A DNA stretch of 64,000 bases, taken from the NCBI GenBank assembly GCA_041158585.1, contig JBEBBA010000057.1:1882-65881 (forward strand), in the 5' to 3' direction. Positions 26,053 through 35,937 of the stretch are shown piece after piece. The stretch is from Actinomycetota bacterium (GTDB lineage: Bacteria; Actinomycetota; Actinomycetes; Actinomycetales; Microbacteriaceae). Under the pieces are notes generated by a model. The model was not told the DNA's origin, did no database searches, and was given only the letters and a program-made list of their open reading frames with translations. Made by a program: the position numbers and the translations under genes. Numbering within the stretch: position 1 is the first letter of the stretch; every line of letters begins with the position of its first letter.

Positions 26053-27678
26053 ATGAAAGTTGTGATCATTGGCGGAGTCGCCAGCGGAATGTCGGCGGCA
26101 ACCAGGCTCAGACGTTTGATGGAATCAGCCGAGATAACTGTCTACGAGATGGCCGAACACGTGAGCTACGCAAACTGCGGGCTCCCCTACTTCGTCAGCG
26201 ATGTCATCTCTAAACGTGAAGCACTACTTTTGCAGACCCCCGAATCGCTTTGGAAACGATTCCGACTAAACGTGAAGGTGCAGCACAAAGTTGTATCAAT
26301 TGATCGCGCAGCAAAGTCGGTGACGGTTCAAAACCTAGTCACAGGCCACATCTCCGTAGACAACTACGACAAGTTGGTGATCACAACGGGAGCTAAACCG
26401 AAGCGCCTTCAGCTGCCAGGAATCGAACGGGCACTTGAACTTCGGAACGTGACTGACGCCGATTCAATTAAAGAGGCAATTACCCAAGCTCAGCATCCGT
26501 CGGCCGTCATTTTTGGTGCCGGCTTCATCGGAGTCGAGCTGGCCGAAAACCTTCGTCATCTTGGGCTTGAAGTGACGATTTTGCAGCGCGGAAGCCAAAT
26601 TCTTGGTCAGTTTGACCCAGAGATGATTGCCCCACTCACACAAAGACTCAAAGAGAACGGCATCCGCATCGAGTTTGGGGCTAAGGCCGAAAGAATTAGC
26701 GAAAGCCATGTTTACCTAGTTGATGGCCGGGACATCCAGGCTGGGCTCGTTTTCGCGGCAGCTGGAGTGGATCCGGACAACGAGTTGGCGCGAAACGCCG
26801 GGTTAGCAATCGGGGTTACAGGAGGCCTCAAAGTTGACTCGCGTCAGGTTACGAGCGATCCAGACATTCTGGCCGCAGGAGATGCTGTCGAGAAGCATGG
26901 CGAACTCACCGGCCTAGAAACTCTCATCCCACTAGCCAACCTTGCGAACCGCCACGGGCGACTCATCGCCGATGTGATTGCCGGCCGAGATGCGCAGGCG
27001 CACGATGCACTCGGTACGGCAATCATCGGCGCCTTCGGCTTCAGTGCTGGCCTCACCGGACTAACCGAGAAAGACGCATTGCGCGCCGGAATCTCACATC
27101 AGGTGATTCATACCCACCCAAATAACCACGCGGGTTATTACCCGGGGGCCACCAGAGTTTCGATGAAGGTTCTGTTCGACCCAGAATCGGGAGTCTTGTT
27201 GGGTGCACAGGCGAACGGTGAAGACGGCGTGGATAAACGCATCGACGTGATGGCGACAGCTATTCGAGCGAAACTGACCATCGATGACTTGATGGACCTA
27301 GAACTCGCGTATGCACCACAATTTGGGTCGGCCAAAGACGCGATCAATATTGCCGGCTATGTGGGCAATAACGTGTTCAACGGCACCACCCCCACGGTTC
27401 AATGGCATGAGTTACCTTCTGCGATCGCAGCAGGCGCTCAAGTGATCGACGTTAGAACGCCGACTGAGCACGCTAACGGTTCTATTCCTGGCACCACCAA
27501 CATTCCAGTGGATGAATTGCGAGACAGACTCGACGAAGTGCCAAAAGAGAACGCCATCGTTTACTGCGCAGTTGGCCAACGCGGACACATCGCGACTCAA
27601 ATTTTGAAGGCAAACGGCATTCGGGTTCGGAATTTGGATGGTGGCTACGCCACCTGGAGTGCAGCTACGGCCAACTAA
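26053..27678 (+). CDS. CoA-disulfide/persulfide reductase fused to rhodanese (CoADR-RHD)
   Basis: GGVASG, SYANCGLPY redox Cys, GAGFIGVE, AAGDAVE, LAYAPQF, C-terminal DVRT...YCAVGQRG...NLDGGY. Confidence 0.9.
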   Translation: MKVVIIGGVASGMSAATRLRRLMESAEITVYEMAEHVSYANCGLPYFVSDVISKREALLLQTPESLWKRFRLNVKVQHKVVSIDRAAKSVTVQNLVTGHISVDNYDKLVITTGAKPKRLQLPGIERALELRNVTDADSIKEAITQAQHPSAVIFGAGFIGVELAENLRHLGLEVTILQRGSQILGQFDPEMIAPLTQRLKENGIRIEFGAKAERISESHVYLVDGRDIQAGLVFAAAGVDPDNELARNAGLAIGVTGGLKVDSRQVTSDPDILAAGDAVEKHGELTGLETLIPLANLANRHGRLIADVIAGRDAQAHDALGTAIIGAFGFSAGLTGLTEKDALRAGISHQVIHTHPNNHAGYYPGATRVSMKVLFDPESGVLLGAQANGEDGVDKRIDVMATAIRAKLTIDDLMDLELAYAPQFGSAKDAINIAGYVGNNVFNGTTPTVQWHELPSAIAAGAQVIDVRTPTEHANGSIPGTTNIPVDELRDRLDEVPKENAIVYCAVGQRGHIATQILKANGIRVRNLDGGYATWSAATAN

Positions 27679-28109
27679 AGTACGTTTTCGGGGTTTACGA
27701 AGAGTTGAACTAAGCAACCGATTAGGTCGTCTTGCATCACAGCCCGAGCCTGGTAGCGGGTTGATTCGTCAAAGTTGAGGATGCGCGCCGCCCGAGTGTC
27801 AAACTCACTCAATTCGCCGATCACTTGCTCACCGAAGCGGACTAGATAAACCCGCTTAGGAGCGCCGCCTTCAGAACTGACTCCGACTTCGAGCTCCACT
27901 CGGCCCTGCCAGAACGGCTGGCCATCCTCGAGGGCATTTCGCACCAGACGCTCACGTAGTTCTGCATATTTGGTCTGGCCGTACACGCGGAAATACTCTT
28001 CGCCCGGCTGTGCGGTCAAGAATAGTTTTGGGGTAAGAATTTTCTGACTTACGAATTCTTCGATGCTCGGGGTTGCGTCGCCGTCTTCGCGACGTGAAAA
28101 AATCCCCAT
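27675..28109 (-). CDS. Hypothetical protein (possibly HIRAN-like fold)
   Basis: 144-aa ORF with GGAG RBS; FRVYGQTKY...VRFGEQVIGELS is only weakly reminiscent of HIRAN. Confidence 0.6.
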   Translation of the reverse strand: MGIFSRREDGDATPSIEEFVSQKILTPKLFLTAQPGEEYFRVYGQTKYAELRERLVRNALEDGQPFWQGRVELEVGVSSEGGAPKRVYLVRFGEQVIGELSEFDTRAARILNFDESTRYQARAVMQDDLIGCLVQLFVNPENVL

Positions 28110-28137
28110 GTTTGCACTCCGAGAAACCTAGTAACCG

Positions 28138-28158
28138 AAAAGTTCGCAGAGGCGAACT
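28138..28158 (-). terminator. Probable intrinsic terminator
   Basis: Minus strand AGTTCGC-CTCT-GCGAACT followed by TTT, just after the phosphotransferase stop. Confidence 0.55.
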
Positions 28159-28167
28159 AAATCAAGA

Positions 28168-29136
28168 TTACCAGACCGCTTGAATGCGTCTCAGGGTTTC
28201 CTCTTGATACTTCGGGATCATCTCTCGATGTTCGGGGTTCGCGGTTTCGTAGAGGTAATTGAGTAGGGCGATACGCCTGTGGAGCATTAGGGCTTTGAAC
28301 TCATCGGCGCTGTATTCGGGAACTTGGCGGATGCTTGCATAACCCGTGAGCAGGGCCTCGTTCTGCTCATCGGTGTCCAAGTAATAAAGCGCAGTTGCCA
28401 AGTCTTGGAGTGGAACCCCAAACCCAGAGTCGTCGAAGTCAAAGACGCTAACCTCTCCGTCATGCCACATCACGTTCCAACCGTGAAGATCTGCGTGGAT
28501 GGGTCGTGCCACATCTCGAAGGAAGAGGCTCGCAACGACTTCGTCGATTCGAGAAATCGCGTCGGAGATGATGTCCTTAGTTTCCGTTTCGAGAGGACTA
28601 TTTGACCCGGTAAGCATGTTTTCGGCGCCCCAGAAAAACTCTCGAAGGTCTGGAAGCTCAGCTTCATCCGACAGCCGGACGGACATCGCCTGCTCGTGAA
28701 GTTTTGCCATGGCAGCACCAAGCGCAAAGAGCTGCTCGGCGGTGGGCTCGTCGCCAAGTTCGGAACCATCGAGCCACTCGAACAAAACCGCCTTGAGAGT
28801 GCGACCTGAACCCTCGTGCCAAACCTCGGTCACCAAATCGCCAGACCGATTGGCAACTGGGACGCAAACCTTCACAACACCGGCTGAAGCAAGTTGACTC
28901 AGCCACTCAACCTCAGCGTTGAGGTTCTTGATAGAGCGTGGCGAGTTCACGTTCACCCGCAAAGCAAACTTGGCCCCACCCGAAGTCTCGACACTGAAGG
29001 TTGAGTTGTATTCGTGGTTGATAGATTCAACCGAAGTCACCTCGCCAAGCTCGTAGTTTTCCAATACGGACATAGCGGCAGGAATAAGGCTCTGGATCTG
29101 CTGTTCAACAGTGAGAGACGCAAAAGACTCGGACAT
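28168..29136 (-). CDS. Aminoglycoside/homoserine-kinase-type phosphotransferase (APH family)
   Basis: FALRV, AEVEWL, LFEWLDG, Brenner motif IHADLHGWNV, FDFDD. Confidence 0.85.
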   Translation of the reverse strand: MSESFASLTVEQQIQSLIPAAMSVLENYELGEVTSVESINHEYNSTFSVETSGGAKFALRVNVNSPRSIKNLNAEVEWLSQLASAGVVKVCVPVANRSGDLVTEVWHEGSGRTLKAVLFEWLDGSELGDEPTAEQLFALGAAMAKLHEQAMSVRLSDEAELPDLREFFWGAENMLTGSNSPLETETKDIISDAISRIDEVVASLFLRDVARPIHADLHGWNVMWHDGEVSVFDFDDSGFGVPLQDLATALYYLDTDEQNEALLTGYASIRQVPEYSADEFKALMLHRRIALLNYLYETANPEHREMIPKYQEETLRRIQAVW

Positions 29137-29170
29137 TTAATCAACATTAGTAGGAACCTAAACTGACACC

Positions 29171-29860
29171 ATGAGCGCTGAACAGAAAACATTTCTTGTA
29201 ATTGGCGCTAACGGAGCGCTCGGTAGAGAAGTATCCAAGCTCTTACTCGAGAAGGGTTTCGCAGTTATCGGTACCGCTCGCAGCAACGAAAGCGCGGCCG
29301 CGCTTCCAGCAGGGCTTAAGCAGGCTTTACTTCTCGACCTCGAAGACCAATCTTCAATCGAAACTCTCACCAACTACCTCAACAACTCGAGCGACAGTCT
29401 CGACGGAATCGTCAATGCCTCAGGAAGAGTGGGCTTCGGCCCAGTAACCGAGACACCAGCCGAAGACGCCCGGCGCTTGATGCAAATCAACCACCTAGGG
29501 CCAGCAGCCGTCATAAGTGCGTTGCTACCGAAGCTCGCCGCTTCTACCAAGGAGCCACTCGTAGCAGCCATCACGGGCGTCGTCGCCGAAAAGGTCTTCC
29601 CAGGTATGTCTGCCTACGTAGCTTGCAAGACCGCTCACTCGACCTGGCTCAAAGCATTCGGCATGGAGGCTCGCAGAGCCAAGGTGCGAGTTTTGGACGC
29701 TCGCCCGGGGCACACCGAGACAGGTTTGGCAACCCGTCCCCTATTCGGATCCGCACCAGCCTTCCCAGCTGGTATGACGGCTGAGTTCGTGGCCTCCAAG
29801 ATTGTTGAAGGCATTTTGATCGGCGCAACCGAGCTACCGAGCGAAGCGTTCTCAAGTTGA
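29171..29860 (+). CDS. Short-chain dehydrogenase/reductase
   Basis: GANGALG, NASG, YVACK (YxxxK), RPGHTET. Confidence 0.85.
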   Translation: MSAEQKTFLVIGANGALGREVSKLLLEKGFAVIGTARSNESAAALPAGLKQALLLDLEDQSSIETLTNYLNNSSDSLDGIVNASGRVGFGPVTETPAEDARRLMQINHLGPAAVISALLPKLAASTKEPLVAAITGVVAEKVFPGMSAYVACKTAHSTWLKAFGMEARRAKVRVLDARPGHTETGLATRPLFGSAPAFPAGMTAEFVASKIVEGILIGATELPSEAFSS

Positions 29861-31359
29861 GTACCGAGCTCACCGAGGGCCTAGGAATCCTGCCTGGCAA
29901 AGGCGGAAAGCCTGCACTGTGCCTGGTGACCGGATCAACCGGTTACATCGGTGGGCGACTAATCCCCGAACTACTCGCTCACGGCTACCGTGTGCGCGTG
30001 CTGGCTCGCAACGCCATGCGCTTGAAAGACCACCCGTGGATCAACAACGTTGAGCTCGTCGAGGGCGATGCCTTCGACCCGGAGGCAGTAACCAGGGCTC
30101 TCAAAGGTGTCGATGTTGCCTACTATCTGATGCACTCGCTGATGGAAAAGAGCGACTTCGAGAGCCGTGAGCAGAAGATGGCCGAAATCTTCGGCACCTG
30201 CGCGAAAGACCAGAAGACCAAGAGAATCATCTACCTTGGTGGCATCGTCCCGCCAGAGGCAGAGTTGTCTCCGCACATGAGTGCCAGAGCAACAACTGGC
30301 GAAATCCTCCGCAACTCTGGGGTTCCAACCATCGAACTCCGCGCAGGAATCGTAATCGGTTCGGGTTCGGCGTCCTTCGAGATGCTTCGCTACCTCACCG
30401 AACGCCTTCCGTTCATGATCACGCCAAAGTGGCTGAACATCCGCATTCAGCCAATCGCGGTTCGCGATGTACTGCGCTATCTCGTCGGCTCAGCCGCGCT
30501 AGACAAGTCGATCTCCGGCGTGTTCGACATCGGCGGGCCCGATGTCTTCAGCTACAAAACCATGATGCAGAAGTACGCCGAGGCAGCTGGTCTTCGTAAG
30601 CGAATCATCATTCCAGTCCCCGTAATGACACAAAAGCTTTCCAGCGGTTGGGTCGGGCTCGTCACACCTGTCCCCTACACACTCGCGAAACGCCTGGTCG
30701 CCAGCCTCAAGAACGAGGTAGTCGCCGCCGACGACCGCATTCGCAAACTCATTCCAGACCCGAAGGGCGGCCTCACCACCTTCAAGCGCGCCGTTGAGCT
30801 GGCCCTGGTTCGCATCAAAGACCGCAGGGTAGAGACGCGATGGTCGGATGCATCGATCCCCTGGACTCCATCGGATCCACTTCCAACCGACCCGGACTGG
30901 GCCGGTGGATCGCTATACAAAGACGTAAGAACCAAAACCACTAAAGATCCGATCGAGGTTGTCTGGGCTCGAATCGAAGCCATTGGGGGCGACAACGGTT
31001 ATTCAACCGCCACCTGGGCTTGGGAACTTCGCGGTCTAGCCGACAAAGTCACGGGCGGAGTCGGACTCAGACGCGGCAGACGAGACCCTGTTCACCTTCA
31101 GGTAGGCGATGCCTTGGACTTCTGGCGGGTAGAGAAACTGGATCGACTGAAAACCCTCCGACTCCGAGCCGAAATGAAGATGCCGGGGCTTGCCTGGCTC
31201 GAATTCAAGGTGGCCCCAAACAAAGATGGTGGCTGCACTGTAGTTCAAACTGCGACCTACGCACCAAAGGGACTGCTAGGTCACCTCTACTGGTGGTCGG
31301 TGTGGCCCATGCATGGAATCGTGTTCCCAAGCATGATCAAGCAGGTTGCTGGCGCTTAG
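29857..31359 (+). CDS. NAD(P)-binding atypical SDR with C-terminal DUF2867 (YbjT-like)
   Basis: TGSTGYIGGRL, YYLMHSL, GSGSASFEMLRYL, QPIAVRDV, DFWRVE, LRAEMKMPGLAWLEF. Confidence 0.85.
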   Translation: MSTELTEGLGILPGKGGKPALCLVTGSTGYIGGRLIPELLAHGYRVRVLARNAMRLKDHPWINNVELVEGDAFDPEAVTRALKGVDVAYYLMHSLMEKSDFESREQKMAEIFGTCAKDQKTKRIIYLGGIVPPEAELSPHMSARATTGEILRNSGVPTIELRAGIVIGSGSASFEMLRYLTERLPFMITPKWLNIRIQPIAVRDVLRYLVGSAALDKSISGVFDIGGPDVFSYKTMMQKYAEAAGLRKRIIIPVPVMTQKLSSGWVGLVTPVPYTLAKRLVASLKNEVVAADDRIRKLIPDPKGGLTTFKRAVELALVRIKDRRVETRWSDASIPWTPSDPLPTDPDWAGGSLYKDVRTKTTKDPIEVVWARIEAIGGDNGYSTATWAWELRGLADKVTGGVGLRRGRRDPVHLQVGDALDFWRVEKLDRLKTLRLRAEMKMPGLAWLEFKVAPNKDGGCTVVQTATYAPKGLLGHLYWWSVWPMHGIVFPSMIKQVAGA

Positions 31360-31954
31360 CCCTCGCCCAAAGAATTAGTGGAACCAGCGCACCCAACAGA
31401 ACACCGCTGATGACGTCCGCGATCACGTGTTGGTGAGTCATCAGGGTTGAAACACAAATCAGTGCGAACCAAAGCATCGCCAGCCAATAGCGCTTAAATC
31501 CGCTCGGTAACAACGCGAGAACGACAATCGAAATCACGCTCAGTGCGACGTGGTTAGACGGAAAAGTGTTTAGAGGCTGGTCGATAACCCAAACCAGGTC
31601 GCGAAGCAGAACTGTGAAGACATCGTCGCCGGCTAACTCTGGCCGAACCAAGGTTGCTGGAATTGCCAGGTAGAGGACATTCATAACTGCCTGCGCCAGG
31701 AGAACAGAAAGTGTGAAGTTCCTGAAGAGGCGTTCGTTCCGCCAGAGCAGAAGTGGCATCGCAAAAAAGACCAGCGGCAAAAACGACAGATAAGGAACTA
31801 CAAAAATCGGCACCGTCGGGAGTGCGCGATCGAAGTCAGTTGACATATCGATTAGCTCAGCTCGAGGGAGGCGATTGATTACGAAGTAGCTACCACCGGC
31901 TAAGACAAGCCAAAGGATTCCGAGCCAGTGGTGTTTCTCTATCGCCCGGTTCAT
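31337..31954 (-). CDS. PAP2-superfamily membrane phosphoesterase
   Basis: DQPLNTFPSNHV and STLMTHQHVIADV motifs; multiple TMs. Confidence 0.8.
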   Translation of the reverse strand: MNRAIEKHHWLGILWLVLAGGSYFVINRLPRAELIDMSTDFDRALPTVPIFVVPYLSFLPLVFFAMPLLLWRNERLFRNFTLSVLLAQAVMNVLYLAIPATLVRPELAGDDVFTVLLRDLVWVIDQPLNTFPSNHVALSVISIVVLALLPSGFKRYWLAMLWFALICVSTLMTHQHVIADVISGVLLGALVPLILWARAKRQQPA

Positions 31955-31960
31955 GGTGTC

Positions 31961-33034
31961 CTAGACGTTGAACCTGAACTCGACTACGTCGCCGTCCTTC
32001 ATGACGTAGTCCTTACCCTCCATGCGCACCTTGCCGGCGGCCTTGGCATCGTTCATCGAGCAGGCTGCGTCAAGGTCTTCAAAAGAGACAATTTCGGCTT
32101 TAATGAAGCCACGTTCAAAGTCGGTGTGAATAACACCGGCCGCCTGCGGGGCTTTCCAGCCTTGGCGAATGGTCCAAGCGCGAGCCTCTTTAGGCCCCGC
32201 GGTCAGATAGGTCTGCAAACCAAGGGTGCGGAATCCGACGTGTGCGAGCTGGTCTAGACCGCTCTCGTCTTGACCCAGACTGGCGAGAAGCTCGTTGGCT
32301 TCTTCGGCGCTGAGGTCGATCAGCTCGCTCTCAACTTTTGCGTCCAGGAACACGGCTTCCGCAGGAGCAACCAAGTCGGCGAGCGCCTTCTTCTTTGCGG
32401 CGTCGGTGAGGATTCCCTCATCCACGTTGAAAACGTAAAGAATCTTCTTTGCGGTTAGAAGCCCGAGTTCCTTGATTGGTTCGAGGTCGAGACCCGAGGT
32501 AGAAAGCGGCTTACCTTCGTTCAGCACCTTGAGAGCTGCGTCCACAGTCTCGAGGGCGACGGGTTCCATCTTCTTGCCCTTGACCTCTTTTTCGATTCGA
32601 GTGCGAGCCTTCTCGAGAGTCTGAATGTCGGCTAGCGCGAGCTCGGTGTTGATCGTCTCGATGTCGCTTGAAGCGTCAACCTTGCCATCTACGTGGATCA
32701 CGTCTGGGTCAGAGAAACCGCGAACAACCTGAGCGATTGCGTCGGCCTCGCGAATGTTGGCGAGGAACTGGTTGCCCAAACCTTCACCCTCGGAGGCGCC
32801 GCGAACAATACCGGCGATGTCAACGAATGACACAGGGGCCGGAAGGATGCGCTCTGAACCGTAGATTTCGGCTAGGCGATTGAGTCGCTGGTCTGGAAGG
32901 TTCACCACACCCACGTTTGGCTCAATCGTTGCGAACGGGTAATTAGCCGCCAGAACGTTGTTTTTGGTGAGTGCGTTGAAAAGAGTCGACTTACCTACGT
33001 TTGGGAGACCGACGATACCGATTGTTAGAGCCAT
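31961..33034 (-). CDS. ychF: Redox-regulated ATPase YchF
   Basis: [32 protein letters not shown]-terminal TGS ending FRFNV. Confidence 0.97.
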   Translation of the reverse strand: MALTIGIVGLPNVGKSTLFNALTKNNVLAANYPFATIEPNVGVVNLPDQRLNRLAEIYGSERILPAPVSFVDIAGIVRGASEGEGLGNQFLANIREADAIAQVVRGFSDPDVIHVDGKVDASSDIETINTELALADIQTLEKARTRIEKEVKGKKMEPVALETVDAALKVLNEGKPLSTSGLDLEPIKELGLLTAKKILYVFNVDEGILTDAAKKKALADLVAPAEAVFLDAKVESELIDLSAEEANELLASLGQDESGLDQLAHVGFRTLGLQTYLTAGPKEARAWTIRQGWKAPQAAGVIHTDFERGFIKAEIVSFEDLDAACSMNDAKAAGKVRMEGKDYVMKDGDVVEFRFNV

Positions 33035-33054
33035 TTGAGCAGTTTAATGTAGGT

Positions 33055-33621
33055 ATGCCCTTGGACTTCACAACGATCGACTTCGAAACCGCAAACGGGT
33101 CGCCCGCCTCGCCTTGCGCAGTTGGTTTGGTGAAGGTGCGCGACGGGCAAATCGTTGATGAGTTCCTGGCAACATTCATGCCGCCGTCACCTCATGACTG
33201 GTTCGACGCTAACAACATTCGAATCCACGGAATCAAGCGTCAGGATGTCGAAGACGGTCACACCTGGGATGAAATCCTGCCACTGATGCTCGAATTCACC
33301 GAGGGTGACGTCCTCGTCGCTCACAATGCTTCCTTCGACATGGGTGTGCTGAAGGCTGCCGCGGAGGCAGTCCAGTTTGAACTGCCAAAGATTCACTACG
33401 GCTGTTCGCTTCTCGTCTCGCGCAAGGTTTACAACCTCGAGTCCTACCGACTGAACTCGGTTGCCTATGCAGTGGGCCACGAGGAGTTCAACCACCACGA
33501 TGCCCTCGCCGATGCCGATGCCTGCGCGCGAATCATGATTCACGCGGCCAAACGCCAGGGTGCCGATGATCTAGTCGCCCTACTGGCGAGTGCGAATCAA
33601 CTTGTTAAAGCCTTGAACTAG
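33055..33621 (+). CDS. DEDDh 3'-5' exonuclease (DNA Pol III epsilon-like)
   Basis: IDFETAN, AHNASFDM, HHDALADA. Confidence 0.88.
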   Translation: MPLDFTTIDFETANGSPASPCAVGLVKVRDGQIVDEFLATFMPPSPHDWFDANNIRIHGIKRQDVEDGHTWDEILPLMLEFTEGDVLVAHNASFDMGVLKAAAEAVQFELPKIHYGCSLLVSRKVYNLESYRLNSVAYAVGHEEFNHHDALADADACARIMIHAAKRQGADDLVALLASANQLVKALN

Positions 33622-33655
33622 CAAAAAAGTCGGTGGTCGGTGGCATAGTTGCGCC

Positions 33656-34834
33656 ATGGAAACCTTTCTCTTTCTCGCTCTCGGTGTAATCCTCGGAGGC
33701 CTCGTTGGCTTCTTTATTGGCAAGTCCACAGCAAAGTCTGCGCCGGTCGATGACTCGGCCGTTCGCCTCTTGACCGCCCAGCTGGAGGAGGCAAAGCGCG
33801 AGCGTCTAGAGCGCGATGAACGCGACCGCCAAGAGAACAAGTTGCTTCAAACCCTCACCCCGATTCAGCAGCAGCTCGAGCAGATGCGCAACAAGGTTGC
33901 CGAGCTCGAGACGGAGCGCAACAAGCAGTACGGCACGATCGAAGAGCAACTGCGCGCTTCAATCACCACAACCCAGTCTCTCGGCAAACAAACCGAAACT
34001 CTCGCCAAGGCGATGAGCGACAACCAGATGCGTGGCGTTTGGGGCGAGACCCAATTGCGCCGCCTGATCGAAGAGGCTGGACTGAGCAATATCGCTGACT
34101 TCATCGAGCAAAAGGGCGTCGAGGGCGGCTCGAAGCGCCCAGACGTGACTATTTTGCTGCCGGGCAACAAGCAAATCTTGATTGACTCTAAGGTCCCTTT
34201 CGACGCCTACCTTGAGGCTTCTTCTATCAGCGACCTAGGTTCACCGGAGGAACTAGCGCGCCGCGATGCCCTGATTAAAAAGCACACCGAAGCCGTCAAG
34301 AGCCACATCAAGGCTCTGGGCGACAAGAAGTACTGGGAGTCCTACACCGACGCAGCGCCCTTTGTGATTGCTTTCATTCCTTCCGAGTCGCTCCTTTCGG
34401 CAGCTCTTCAGGCAGACCCATCTCTGCTTGAGTATTCGTTCAAGCAGGGTGTCGCGATCGCCTCGCCGGTCAGCCTGTTCTCGGTCCTAAAGACCATCAC
34501 CTACATCTGGCAGCAGGAAGCCAACGAGAAGGCCCTAGCAAACGTGATTAAGCTCGGCAAAGACCTTTATGCGCGAATCTCAGTTGTTGCCAAGCACGCT
34601 GGCGCCCTGGGCAAGTCGATTGACTCAACCGTAGGCAACTACAACAAGTTCGCTAGCTCGCTCGAGCGCAACCTACTGACCACCGCTCGTGAGGCAAATG
34701 CCATCGACGCGACCCAGTTCGGAGCGACGGAGATTCCAGAGATCACCGGGCTGGTCGAATCCACCACGATTTTTACCAAACCTGAGCTCGAAGAGAAGGC
34801 AATTGACGCCGAGGTTGTAGAAGACGAGAAATAG
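33656..34834 (+). CDS. rmuC: DNA recombination protein RmuC
   Basis: N-terminal TM, coiled coil, RGVWGETQL, RPD...IDSKVP, FIPSE. Confidence 0.92.
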   Translation: METFLFLALGVILGGLVGFFIGKSTAKSAPVDDSAVRLLTAQLEEAKRERLERDERDRQENKLLQTLTPIQQQLEQMRNKVAELETERNKQYGTIEEQLRASITTTQSLGKQTETLAKAMSDNQMRGVWGETQLRRLIEEAGLSNIADFIEQKGVEGGSKRPDVTILLPGNKQILIDSKVPFDAYLEASSISDLGSPEELARRDALIKKHTEAVKSHIKALGDKKYWESYTDAAPFVIAFIPSESLLSAALQADPSLLEYSFKQGVAIASPVSLFSVLKTITYIWQQEANEKALANVIKLGKDLYARISVVAKHAGALGKSIDSTVGNYNKFASSLERNLLTTAREANAIDATQFGATEIPEITGLVESTTIFTKPELEEKAIDAEVVEDEK

Positions 34835-34917
34835 GCCCCGCGGTTATACTTTTGTGAGTGCTGGACGAAGGCGTCCGCAAAGTCATAAAACTATTAACGG
34901 ACGCACAGGGAGCAAGC

Positions 34918-35937
34918 ATGACTGGGTCGCCCATCGTCACCCTCACCCCAGCACCAACCCTTGACCGCACCTACTTCGTGCACAACCTTCAAGAAGGCGG
35001 AGTAAACCGCGCTGAAGGCGTTGGCGAAGAGCTGGCTGGCAAAGGAATCAACGTCTCCCGCGGGCTTCACCTCGCAGGCTTCAAAGCACCCGGTGTAGTT
35101 CCTCTGGGCAATGCAGACCCGGGTGTGCTAGACCGCACCGGTTCTTCTGATTTCCTGATCCCACTCTGGGTTGAAGGCACACTTCGAGTTTCGACGACGA
35201 TCGTGGAGCACGAAGGACCTACCACCAAAGTCAACGAGGCACCTCGCCCGCTAACCGAGGATGACTGGAAGAAGGTCATCGAGCTAACTATCGAGACCGT
35301 CAAGGAAAACAACGCAAAGTGGCTAGTCATAGCTGGTGCTCTGCCGGTTTACAAATCAACCGGCACCTACGTTGACCTGGAGCCGCTGTTTACCTCGATG
35401 CGCGAGATGGGCGTCCGCGTAGCCCTGGACACTTCGGGTGAACCGCTCAACTACTGGGCCCGCCGCGGACTCGCTTCGGTAATCAAACCAAACGCAGAAG
35501 AACTTGCGGCTGCTGTTGGTCGCACTCTAACCACCGTTGGCGACGTTGTTGACGCCGCGCGTCAGCTATGCGAACACGGCATCGAGTGCGTTCTTGCTTC
35601 ACTCGGCGCAGACGGAATGATCGCGGTCACCAAAAATGACCAGTGGGCTGCTCGCACACCACCGGTCAAGGTAATCAACACCGTTGGTGCCGGCGACGCG
35701 ACAATGGCAGGCTTCCTCTCGGCCGTGGGCAACGACACCAAGCCGGGAAGCGCAGACGACCTGGGCTTCGATGTGGCCAAGGGTGTTGCCGCTGCTGTTC
35801 AGTGGGGAGCGATTGCTGTGACTCAGCCTTCGTCTGGTCTAGCAAACCTAGACAACATGCCGCCATCTTCGGTGACCAACACCCCGGATCGCAGCGCGAT
35901 GCTAGAAGAGCCAGCGGTTTTCCACCCAAATCACTAG
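34918..35937 (+). CDS. 1-phosphofructokinase-family hexose kinase (PfkB)
   Basis: TLTPAPTLDRT, AGKGINVS, DTSG, KPNAEEL, SLGADG, NTVGAGD; RBS GGGAG before ATG 34918; in-frame GTG 34858 is an alternative start. Confidence 0.88.
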   Translation: MTGSPIVTLTPAPTLDRTYFVHNLQEGGVNRAEGVGEELAGKGINVSRGLHLAGFKAPGVVPLGNADPGVLDRTGSSDFLIPLWVEGTLRVSTTIVEHEGPTTKVNEAPRPLTEDDWKKVIELTIETVKENNAKWLVIAGALPVYKSTGTYVDLEPLFTSMREMGVRVALDTSGEPLNYWARRGLASVIKPNAEELAAAVGRTLTTVGDVVDAARQLCEHGIECVLASLGADGMIAVTKNDQWAARTPPVKVINTVGAGDATMAGFLSAVGNDTKPGSADDLGFDVAKGVAAAVQWGAIAVTQPSSGLANLDNMPPSSVTNTPDRSAMLEEPAVFHPNH

